Part shown: positions 5,868 through 13,712 of the stretch, piece after piece
How positions within the stretch are numbered: position 1 is the stretch's first letter
Layout of the letters: each line of letters starts with the position of its first letter
The notes under the pieces: model-generated
The model's input: only the letters and a program-made list of their open reading frames with translations
Databases searched by the model: none
Told to the model about the DNA's origin: nothing
Made by a program: the position numbers and the translations under genes
Assembly (NCBI GenBank): GCA_043738605.1
Contig: JAYUFT010000118.1
Coordinates: 1 to 17,248, forward strand
From: Candidatus Dormiibacterota bacterium
GTDB lineage: Bacteria > Chloroflexota > Dormibacteria > Dormibacterales > Dormibacteraceae
DNA: 17,248 nt
Direction of reading: 5' to 3'

Positions 5868-7418
5868 TCAGCCGGCGGGCGATGCGCTCTTGCCGATGGT
5901 GAGGATGTTCTCCTCGAACATCGCGCGCAGCTTCTTGGCCTGCTTGTCGTAGGCCTCGGGGTCAGCCCAGCTCGTGCGCGGGTCCAGCACCTCATGCGGC
6001 ACATCAGGCACGTGGTCGGGAATCGACAGGCCGAACACAGGATCGATGTGGGTCGGCATGCCGTGCAGCTTGCCCTGGACCACCGCGCGCACGATCGCGC
6101 GGGTGTGCGCGATCGACATGCGCTGTCCAACCCCGTAAGGCCCGCCGACCCAACCGGTGTTCAACATCCAGACCTCGGCGTGGTGCCGGTTGACCCTCTC
6201 GATCAGCATGTCGGCATACCGCTCAGGGGGCAGGACGAGAAATGGCGCAGCGAAGCAGGTGCTGAATATCGGCTCGGGCTCCGTGACCCCGCGCTCAGTG
6301 CCTGCGACTTTGGCGGTGTAACCGGACAGGAAGTAGTGGCGGATCTGCTTCTCGTCGAGACGGGCCACCGGTGGCAGAACCCCGTAGGCGTCCGCCGACA
6401 GAAAGATCACGTTGCTGGGGTGCTTGCCGGTCCCTGAGAGGACGGCGTTCGGGATCAGGTCGACGGGGTAGGCGGCCCGCGTGTTCTCGGTGAGCTTCTC
6501 GGAGTCGTAATCCGGGATGCGCGTGCGAGGGTCGTAGACGACGTTTTCCAGGATCGTGCCGAAGTGCTCGGTGGCCGCGTAGATCTCCGGCTCAGACTCC
6601 TTGTGGATCCTGATCGTCTTCGCGTAGCAGCCGCCTTCGAAGTTGAAGACGCCCGAGTCGCTCCACCCATGCTCGTCGTCGCCGATCAGCCGGCGGGACG
6701 GATCGGCGGAAAGCGTGGTCTTGCCGGTGCCGCTGAGACCGAAGAACAGCGCCACGTCGGAGCCACCACTGCTGACGTTCGCCGAGCAGTGCATCGGAAA
6801 CACACCCTGTGCCGGCAGAAAGTAGTTGAGCGCGGTGAAGATGGATTTCTTGATTTCGCCCGCGTATTCGGTGCCGCCGATGATGACGATGCGACGAGCG
6901 AGGTTCACCAGGATGAATGTCTCGCTTCGGGTCCCGTCGCGCTTCGGATCAGCCTTCACTGAAGGCACCGATATCACCGCGATGTCGGGTGCGAAATTGA
7001 GCAGCTCGTCCGCGTTCGGCCGGATGAAGAGGTTGTGGGCGAAGAGGCTGTGCCAGGCAAGCTCGCTGACGACGCGCACCTTCAGCCGGTAGCGCGGATC
7101 GGCGCAAGCGAAAACGTCCTGTGTGAAAACCTCGTGGCTGTCGCAGAACTCGTCGACGCGCTGCAGCAGTCCATCGAACTTGTCAGGAGCTATCGGTTGG
7201 TTGGCCACCCACCATATGGCTTCCTGGCTCGTAGGTTCCTTGACAAAGAACTTGTCCTTCGGCGAGCGGCCGGTGTGGTGGCCGGTCTCGGCCGTCAGGG
7301 CGCCGGTGGATACGATCACGGCCTCGCCGCGCAAGATCGCGTGCTCGTAGAGGGCAGCCGCGCTCAGGTTGCGGCGTTCGGGCGCAGATCTATCCCTGTT
7401 GGGCACTGAGTTGATCAT
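5868..7418 (-). CDS. pckA: Phosphoenolpyruvate carboxykinase (ATP-dependent)
   Basis: The 516-aa product has the kinase-1a P-loop GLSGTGKTTLS, plus LIGDDEHGW and FNFEGGCYAK, and shows full-length PckA architecture. Confidence 0.95.
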   Translation of the reverse strand: MINSVPNRDRSAPERRNLSAAALYEHAILRGEAVIVSTGALTAETGHHTGRSPKDKFFVKEPTSQEAIWWVANQPIAPDKFDGLLQRVDEFCDSHEVFTQDVFACADPRYRLKVRVVSELAWHSLFAHNLFIRPNADELLNFAPDIAVISVPSVKADPKRDGTRSETFILVNLARRIVIIGGTEYAGEIKKSIFTALNYFLPAQGVFPMHCSANVSSGGSDVALFFGLSGTGKTTLSADPSRRLIGDDEHGWSDSGVFNFEGGCYAKTIRIHKESEPEIYAATEHFGTILENVVYDPRTRIPDYDSEKLTENTRAAYPVDLIPNAVLSGTGKHPSNVIFLSADAYGVLPPVARLDEKQIRHYFLSGYTAKVAGTERGVTEPEPIFSTCFAAPFLVLPPERYADMLIERVNRHHAEVWMLNTGWVGGPYGVGQRMSIAHTRAIVRAVVQGKLHGMPTHIDPVFGLSIPDHVPDVPHEVLDPRTSWADPEAYDKQAKKLRAMFEENILTIGKSASPAG

Positions 7419-7511
7419 AGGGAACGGCGCACGAGCCTTGTCCGAGCGGACGGGCTGGGCCGAGCAGATTGCCCGGCCCGACGCCCTCCCAGGTGCCGGC
7501 TTCGCCGGGGC

Positions 7512-9536
7512 CTACAGCTTTGCCGCAGAAGACGCCTTGGACTTGGCGCTGCTTGCGTCGCGCCGGCGCGTCCGTAGCGGGTGCTTCGACTCATGCTTGC
7601 CGTTCATGGCGCGGATGAGCGTCGCTGCCAGTCCCTCGACAGCGCCGCCGCCACCAGTGACCAGGACCTCCGGCACAACCTGCAGCCCGCCGTCCGAAAC
7701 CGCGTTGGCGATGGCTACCGCCGCCGTCGAGCCCGCACCCAGACTCTCCACCTGCGCTTGATAGCCTCGGGCCCGTGCCAGGCCGAGCGCCTCGGTGGCG
7801 GCGGCATCGCCCAGGCCGATCGCCCGCCGGCGTGACCCTTCAGCGGCGCCTGTCAACTCGACGTATGCCGCCTCGCCGTCAGCCTCAGCCTTGCGTGCGT
7901 CGGCTCGAGCGCGGTTGATGTCAACTGACACTTGCGCCTGGGCGAGCGCCGCCTGCATGTCGGCGGTGCCGCGCGCCTTCTCGAGGTCGATGCGCACGGT
8001 CTGAGCATCCTTCTGCTCCACGAAGGTGGCCTTTTCCTGGTTGGCGATCTCACGCCTCGTGAGCACTCCGACCAGCTCTTCAGGAAATGCGACGTCCTGG
8101 ATGTAGACGCCGCGCGTCTCCACTTCGTATGCCGAGAGATAACGCGAAATTGCGTCAAACGCCGCCGCCTGAACGGCGTCTCGAGTCTCGATGAACCGAA
8201 TCGCCTCCAGTCCTTGGAGCGTGTTTCGGAAATGGTTGCCGACCGCGGCTTGCAGGACCTCGTTGACCAGGTTCTGCATCGAACCCACCATCGAAATGAC
8301 CTTGGGCGCCTTGGTGTCAGGCACGTGAATCTGGACCTGCAGGTCGATGGTGAACACGAAGCCCTCGCGGCTCTTGCCCTCGATCGGGCTGAGCTGCGCA
8401 TCGAGGTTGTGCGCCACCGAGCTCGCGTCCGCCCAGTTGAGCGTCAGGATGAACGTCGGCACCTTTTCGGCCGCGTATATCCGTGGGTTCAGCGGGTACT
8501 TGCCGGTGCGCAGGGCCTCGCGCCAAATGCCCCGGTGGCCTGGCTGGACGATGGACCCGAATTTGAACTCGGGCCCTGACGTGTCAAGCGTGGGCAGCCC
8601 AACATAGCTCTTGATCACCGCCACCTCGCCCTGGTTCACCACGAGCATGCGCGCCGCTTCAACGCGCACCAGAAACGGATTGAGCAGGTAGGCGCCATAC
8701 AGCAGCGGATCGTGCTGCAAACCGATGCGCCCTCCGTTGTCAAGAAACGCCTGGAAGTCCTGGTAGTTGTTGTGAAGCTGGTTCTTGGCACCAAGAAGGG
8801 CTTCGATGAGCTCCGAGTCGGACACGTTCGCCTGTGCCTCGAGCGCTTCGATGTCATTGAAGCCCCCGATCCGGCCGGCAATGTCGGCAGGCGGAAGCGG
8901 GTCGCCATCGAGCGTGGTCACGATTCCGACGAGATCCTGGTCGCCCTCGGGCGCGATGACGGTCACGCGCAGCTGCTGCGGCGTCAGACCGAATGACTCA
9001 GGCGAAAGCGGCCCGCGGCTGACCATCTGCCGGTTGATCGGCAACCCATACGCCTTGGTCGCGGTGGCCACCAGGAACGCAACGGGGTGAACCGGAATCA
9101 GAGTGCCCGGGGGTAGCACGGGTCGTTGAACTCCCTTCTGGCCGCCGTGCGCCAAAAATGCGCGCAGGTCGGTGAAGTTGCCGAATTCGGGCCGGTACAC
9201 GGCCGACTTCGCGCCTATGGGCAGCCTCTCGCCGATCTGAGAGATGACGACTCCGATCTCGCCAGCGGGGACCTGCACCCACGGGTACTTCGACACGGTA
9301 TACGTCGGCCAGAGCTTGAAACGAACTCCCGGCATCAGCAGGTCCGACTGGTAGCCCGCTTCGCCTTCGAAGGCCAGCGGGGTGTCGGTGGTGTTATGCC
9401 TGGTCGAGAACCGCTTGGCGACCAGGCCGATCTGGGCCGGCCCGATGACGACGATCGATCTGGCAACGACGACGAGAGCCACGAGAACAACGACCGGTGG
9501 GACTATGACGCTTAAGAGCACGAGAATCGCGCCCAT
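7512..9536 (-). CDS. Flotillin-like SPFH/band-7 membrane protein (YqiK/FloT-type)
   Basis: It has an N-terminal TM helix (ILVLLSVIVPPVVVLVALVVV), an SPFH-like core, and a long Ala/Glu/Gln-rich coiled coil (...ADMQAALAQAQVSVDINRARADARKAEADGEAAYVE...) ending in a basic tail. The 674-aa size is typical of bacterial flotillins. Confidence 0.85.
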   Translation of the reverse strand: MGAILVLLSVIVPPVVVLVALVVVARSIVVIGPAQIGLVAKRFSTRHNTTDTPLAFEGEAGYQSDLLMPGVRFKLWPTYTVSKYPWVQVPAGEIGVVISQIGERLPIGAKSAVYRPEFGNFTDLRAFLAHGGQKGVQRPVLPPGTLIPVHPVAFLVATATKAYGLPINRQMVSRGPLSPESFGLTPQQLRVTVIAPEGDQDLVGIVTTLDGDPLPPADIAGRIGGFNDIEALEAQANVSDSELIEALLGAKNQLHNNYQDFQAFLDNGGRIGLQHDPLLYGAYLLNPFLVRVEAARMLVVNQGEVAVIKSYVGLPTLDTSGPEFKFGSIVQPGHRGIWREALRTGKYPLNPRIYAAEKVPTFILTLNWADASSVAHNLDAQLSPIEGKSREGFVFTIDLQVQIHVPDTKAPKVISMVGSMQNLVNEVLQAAVGNHFRNTLQGLEAIRFIETRDAVQAAAFDAISRYLSAYEVETRGVYIQDVAFPEELVGVLTRREIANQEKATFVEQKDAQTVRIDLEKARGTADMQAALAQAQVSVDINRARADARKAEADGEAAYVELTGAAEGSRRRAIGLGDAAATEALGLARARGYQAQVESLGAGSTAAVAIANAVSDGGLQVVPEVLVTGGGGAVEGLAATLIRAMNGKHESKHPLRTRRRDASSAKSKASSAAKL

Positions 9537-9698
9537 GTTGTTTGCGGGCGGTTATCCGCCACGCCTCCGAAAGACCGCCTCGTATAGAGCCGATCGATTG
9601 GATTGTCATGCCCAAAACCGGGTCATTTCAAACGCTGTTGGCGCCGGAATTCAGGGCGGCATTGCCTCAACAATTCGCTGTTAAGGATGTGAAGAAAG

Positions 9699-11684
9699 TT
9701 AAGCGATTCGAGACCGTTTGGTGCTGGCTCGACGGCGCTGCTTGCCGCTCACGTAATCGACCAGGACGTACTCGCCCAGCCGGTCCGGCGACACGAAGAA
9801 CGCCCTGCCCTTGTTGATACGCGTCATCTGATTGATGAACTCGGTCAGGTAAGGGCCGCGCTCGAGCATGAAAGTATTGATGACGACCCGGTCGCGGGTG
9901 CATCGCCTCACCTCGCGCAACGTCTGCTGGATGGTCTTGAAGGTCGGCGGATAGGCGAAGTACGCCCTCCCGTTGTCCTCGAGATGGGCGGTCGGCTCGC
10001 CGTCCGTGATCATGATGATCTGGCGATTGCCGCGGTGCTTCGCCAGCAACGATCGCGCCAGCTGGAAGCCGTGCTGCATGTTGGTCCCGTAGACGTAGTC
10101 GTTGAGCGCGAGCTGCGGCAGCGTCTGCGGCTTGAGCTCGACGGCGTAGTTCGAGAAACCCACGACGTAAAGCGAGTCTCGCGGATACTGGCTGCGGATC
10201 AGGGAGTCGAGCGCGATCGCCACCTTCTTGGCGGCGAGGAAGCAGCCCCGCAGGAACATCGATCGGCTCATGTCGATCATCAACACTGTCGATGCCTGCG
10301 TCACATGCTCGGTGCGATGGACCACGAAGTCCTTCGCCTCCATCTTCACCGGCAGCTTCGGCCCTTCCCTCACGAGTGAGTTGAACAGGGTTTCCTTCAG
10401 GTCGAGGAGGAACGGGTCGCCGTACTCGTACTCCTTGAGCTCGTCGGATGCGTCGTTGCCCAGGCCGCCACGCCACAGCTGGTGCTGGCCCATGCGGGTT
10501 TTCTTGAGCTGGTCGAAGATGTCGCGGAGCGCCGACTGGCCGATCCGCCGCATGCCGCGCGGAGTGAGCTCCATGCGCCGGCCCTTGCGCTCGACATAGC
10601 CCGCCTTCTCGAGCACGTCGGTCAGCTTGCGCAGCTGGTCGATGGCCTGCCTCGCCTCGTCCCCAAGCAGCTGCTGCGCCAGCGAGCGATCGACGTCGTC
10701 GGGCCGGAAGCTGCCGCGCTCCAGCTGCGATTCGAGGCGGTCCATCTGCTGGAGCCGCTCCATGAGGCCCATCGCCTCCCCCATCGAGAGGGGATCCTCA
10801 CCAAAGAAGGGATACTTCCCGGACAGCTCTGAGGGCGGCATCATCGCCTGCATGAAGCCCGAGAGCCTGGCGAGCTCAAGGCGCAGCGAGTCGTCCTGGA
10901 GGACGGCGTCCATCATTTGGCGTAACTCTTCGCGCGCTTCGGGACTCATGCTCTGGAGCAGGGACTGCATCTGGGCCATCTGCCGCTGCAGGTGCTCGAG
11001 CAGCTCGTCGAGGCTGTTGATACCGGGCGGGAACATGTCGCCGTAGCGCTCCATGAACCCGTTGAAGTCGGGGGTCCGTCCCTCCATGCGCTGCTCGAGC
11101 ATCGTATTCAGTTCGCGGACCATGTCGCGGACTCGCGTCAGATCCTGGCCTTGCATCTGCTGGATCGAGCCCTTCATGCCCTGGAACATCTGGTCGACCA
11201 TCTGCTTCTGCAGGCCCTGCATCAGGTCCTCGAACTTCTGGCGCGCCTCGTCGTCCACGAACTCGTAGTCCCGCAATCCCTTGACCTGGCCGCCAATATC
11301 GTCGGGCAGGCGGTCGAGCTGTCCGTTGCGCTGGCGGGCGATGCGCTCCATCAGCTTCTTCGCCTCGGCGGTCTGCGACTCATTGAGGCGGCGATCGATT
11401 CCCTTCTTCTCGGTGTCGATCACCTCCTGCACCTTTTCGCGCAGCTGCTCCACCGTCGAGTCGAGGTTGTAGCGACCAAGTTCGCGCTCGCGTGCCTCCC
11501 GAAGCTGCTTGAGCAGCTGCTCGAGGCCAGGCATGTCGGGCGATCCCCATCGAAGCAGCCGCTGGAGTGCGGCGTTGAGGTCGCCGTAGTTCATCAAGTC
11601 ATCCGAGAGCGCATCGAGCACGGCCCCGGCGTCGAGGTCTTCCAGCCGTTGGGTCCCGTCCCAACGCGAGTACCGGAACTTCAC
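9699..11684 (-). CDS. von Willebrand factor A (VWA) domain protein with a ~450-aa Met/Gln-rich helical N-terminal region
   Basis: The C-terminal ~190 aa carry MIDAS motifs: DxSxS (VLMIDMSRSM) and ...IIMITDGEPT. The N-terminal 460 aa contain ~30 Met and many Gln/Glu/Arg/Leu (MQGLQKQMVDQMFQGMKGSIQQMQGQ, RQMAQMQSLLQSMSP, GFMQAMMPP). The start GTG at 11684 overlaps the amidase stop as GTGA. Confidence 0.75.
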   Translation of the reverse strand: MKFRYSRWDGTQRLEDLDAGAVLDALSDDLMNYGDLNAALQRLLRWGSPDMPGLEQLLKQLREARERELGRYNLDSTVEQLREKVQEVIDTEKKGIDRRLNESQTAEAKKLMERIARQRNGQLDRLPDDIGGQVKGLRDYEFVDDEARQKFEDLMQGLQKQMVDQMFQGMKGSIQQMQGQDLTRVRDMVRELNTMLEQRMEGRTPDFNGFMERYGDMFPPGINSLDELLEHLQRQMAQMQSLLQSMSPEAREELRQMMDAVLQDDSLRLELARLSGFMQAMMPPSELSGKYPFFGEDPLSMGEAMGLMERLQQMDRLESQLERGSFRPDDVDRSLAQQLLGDEARQAIDQLRKLTDVLEKAGYVERKGRRMELTPRGMRRIGQSALRDIFDQLKKTRMGQHQLWRGGLGNDASDELKEYEYGDPFLLDLKETLFNSLVREGPKLPVKMEAKDFVVHRTEHVTQASTVLMIDMSRSMFLRGCFLAAKKVAIALDSLIRSQYPRDSLYVVGFSNYAVELKPQTLPQLALNDYVYGTNMQHGFQLARSLLAKHRGNRQIIMITDGEPTAHLEDNGRAYFAYPPTFKTIQQTLREVRRCTRDRVVINTFMLERGPYLTEFINQMTRINKGRAFFVSPDRLGEYVLVDYVSGKQRRRASTKRSRIA

Positions 11685-12937
11685 GGGATCACGCTAGCAG
11701 CCTTCCAACCTCCTAGCGATTTTTCGATTGCCTTGGCAGCGCTCAGGGCCACGTCGTCGCACCAGTTGCGCGCCACGAGCTGCACGCCGATGGGCAAGCC
11801 CTCGGGCGAGGTGCCGGCGCGGACTACTGCGCATGGATTGCCACCCAGGCTGTACGGGATCGTGTAGCTGAACTGGTTCTCGAGTCTCGACTTGGCCCCG
11901 TATTCCGGCGCCGGGCCGGCGGCCACCGGGCTGAGGATGAGGTCGTATTCCGCCATGAACGCGAGCAGGCCGCTGCGGAAACCGTCCCAGCGCAGGAACA
12001 GTCGCTCGGTGGCGATGCGCTTGCGGCCCCAGTAGCCCAGTGTCACCTCCCGCGCCTCGTCGAGACCGGGCGGCCGCGCCTGTGTGACTTTGCAGCCGGC
12101 CTTCTGGAGGGCGACCGAGGCGGCCCGTACGGCGGCAGAGGTCGCCCTCGTGGGCTTGGTGATGCCATCGTCCGCGTACCACGCAACCTTCAAGCCTTTG
12201 AGGGCGCCCAGCCGCCTGGCGAGGGGCATCGGGATCACGCCCGAGTCGACGCCGTCAGGCCCGGCCAGGATTGGCAGCAGCAGCCACAGGTCGTCGACAA
12301 AGCGCGCCATCGGCCCGACCTGGCTGCGGGGGTCCGTGAGGCCGCCGACCAGCTCATAGCCTCCGGTGCTGGGGACGCGCCCGGCCGTCGGCTTGAGGGC
12401 GGCGATTCCGCAGAAATGGGCCGGCAGCCGGATGCTGCCGCCGGAGTCGCTGCCGATGCCGATCGGCGACCCCCCGGCCGCGATGATTGCCGCCTCGCCG
12501 CTACTGCTGCCGCCCGGCGACCGCTGGAGGTTGTACGGGTTTCGCGTGCCGCCGTGCATCGAGTTCGCGCTGTCGTCGCCGATGCCGCCTGGCGGGCAGT
12601 TGGTCTTGCCGATCATGATCGCGCCGGCGGCTCGCATGCGCGCAACCACTGTGGCGTCCTTCGTCGGGACGTTATCCGCGAGTTTGCGCAATCCGGCTGT
12701 CGTGACCACGCCGGCGGTGTCAAAGATGTCCTTCACCGTGAACGGCACCCCGTGAAGGGGTCCGAGCTTGGCGCCGCGCGTGTTGTGGCGGTCGGCGGCC
12801 CGAGCCTGGATGAGCGCTTTGTGACCTTCGGTGCGCACGACTGCGTTCAGGTGCGGGTTCATCGCGCCGATCTGCTCGATGTGCGCGCTGACGATCTCCT
12901 CGGACGACATCCGACCTGACCTGATCGCTTTCGCCAT
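11681..12937 (-). CDS. Amidase (amidase-signature family, GatA-like)
   Basis: It has the AS signature GGSSSGEAAIIAAGGSPIGIGSDSGGSIRLPA and the K...S-cisS-S context (GKTNCP...). Homology starts at MAKAIRSGRMSSEEIVSAHIEQIGAMNPHLNAV (ATG 12937). The track ORF extends 84 aa further upstream into the MBL gene region, which I treat as non-coding extension. Confidence 0.85.
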   Translation of the reverse strand: MAKAIRSGRMSSEEIVSAHIEQIGAMNPHLNAVVRTEGHKALIQARAADRHNTRGAKLGPLHGVPFTVKDIFDTAGVVTTAGLRKLADNVPTKDATVVARMRAAGAIMIGKTNCPPGGIGDDSANSMHGGTRNPYNLQRSPGGSSSGEAAIIAAGGSPIGIGSDSGGSIRLPAHFCGIAALKPTAGRVPSTGGYELVGGLTDPRSQVGPMARFVDDLWLLLPILAGPDGVDSGVIPMPLARRLGALKGLKVAWYADDGITKPTRATSAAVRAASVALQKAGCKVTQARPPGLDEAREVTLGYWGRKRIATERLFLRWDGFRSGLLAFMAEYDLILSPVAAGPAPEYGAKSRLENQFSYTIPYSLGGNPCAVVRAGTSPEGLPIGVQLVARNWCDDVALSAAKAIEKSLGGWKAASVIP

Positions 12938-12989
12938 CCAGGTGGCGGAGGCCCCAATTACATTTCTTCGGCGGCGCCGCTTGGCCACG

Positions 12990-13700
12990 TCAGACGATGT
13001 CGCCGGGCTTGATGTCCAGCACCTCGACGCCCGAGCCAACAAGCTCCTGGAGAGCCGATGGGCGGCCGACCAGCGGCGGGAAGGTGCCGAAGTGCATGGG
13101 CACCACTTTCTTGACACCCAGGAGCGAAACGGCCTTGGCGGCGCGCTTCGGCCCCATCGTGAACAGGTCGCCGATCGGCAGGAACGCAACGTCCAGGTGG
13201 TTCAGCTCCGCGATCAAGGCCATGTCGCCGAACACGTCGGTGTCGCCCGCGAAATAGACGGTGAACCCGTTCTCGAACTCGATCACCAGTCCACACGCCT
13301 GACCGCCGTACAGGATCTGGCCGCCCTCGCTAATGCCGCACGAGTGCTCGGCGTGGACGAGGGTCACCTTGATGCCATCGACGTCGACGGTGCCGCCCAG
13401 GTTCGCGCCGGTGATGGTTGCCGCGTCAACGCCCTTCGACTGGAGCCATTGGCCGATCTCGAAGTTGGTGACGATCTTCGGCTTGTGGGCTTTGGCGATC
13501 TCGAGCGCGTCATGGACGTGGTCGAAATGGCCGTGAGTGATGAGCATCAGGTCGCACTTCTCGACCTTCTTCAGATTTTCGGGGGCCACCGGGTTGTTCA
13601 TGACCCAGGGATCGATGATGATTTCCTTCCACTTGGCGCTTCGCACCTTCCAGGTCCCGTGGCCCACCCACGTGAAGCTGACCTCAGCGTTCAGCGGCAT
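12990..13700 (-). CDS. MBL-fold metal-dependent hydrolase (UPF0173/YtkL-like)
   Basis: It has the HxHxDH motif (LITHGHFDH) and the further His/Asp ligands of the metallo-beta-lactamase fold. A strong SD (GGGAGGA) sits 6 nt upstream of the ATG at 13700, immediately after the upstream gene's TGA. Confidence 0.85.
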   Translation of the reverse strand: MPLNAEVSFTWVGHGTWKVRSAKWKEIIIDPWVMNNPVAPENLKKVEKCDLMLITHGHFDHVHDALEIAKAHKPKIVTNFEIGQWLQSKGVDAATITGANLGGTVDVDGIKVTLVHAEHSCGISEGGQILYGGQACGLVIEFENGFTVYFAGDTDVFGDMALIAELNHLDVAFLPIGDLFTMGPKRAAKAVSLLGVKKVVPMHFGTFPPLVGRPSALQELVGSGVEVLDIKPGDIV

Positions 13701-13712
13701 GTGCTTCCTCCC

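Noticed and set aside
5865-6130. Upstream 88 codons of track ORF 5504..6130 (Arg/Cys/Ser-rich)
   Set aside because: It overlaps the pckA 3' end in another frame with extreme composition. SLOG-domain homology starts only after the pckA stop.
7419-7511. Possible intrinsic terminator or SD between flotillin and pckA
   Set aside because: Only a weak GCCGGC-TTC-GCCGG hairpin with no U-tract on the relevant strand. No SD before the pckA ATG. Nothing confidently callable.
9667-10476. 269-aa - strand ORF in an alternative frame of the VWA gene
   Set aside because: It is Arg/Pro/Gly-rich low-complexity and in the same region as the VWA MIDAS-bearing frame. High-GC frame artefact.
10992-11867. 291-aa + strand ORF (Leu/His/Ala-rich) antisense to the VWA and amidase genes
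   Set aside because: It is the mirror frame of the Met/Gln/Glu-rich helical region (Leu/His codons are complements of Gln/Met codons). No start context or domain.
12938-13189. 84-aa upstream extension of the amidase track ORF
   Set aside because: Amidase homology begins at MAKAIRSG (ATG 12937). The extension overlaps the MBL hydrolase 3' end and is compositionally aberrant.
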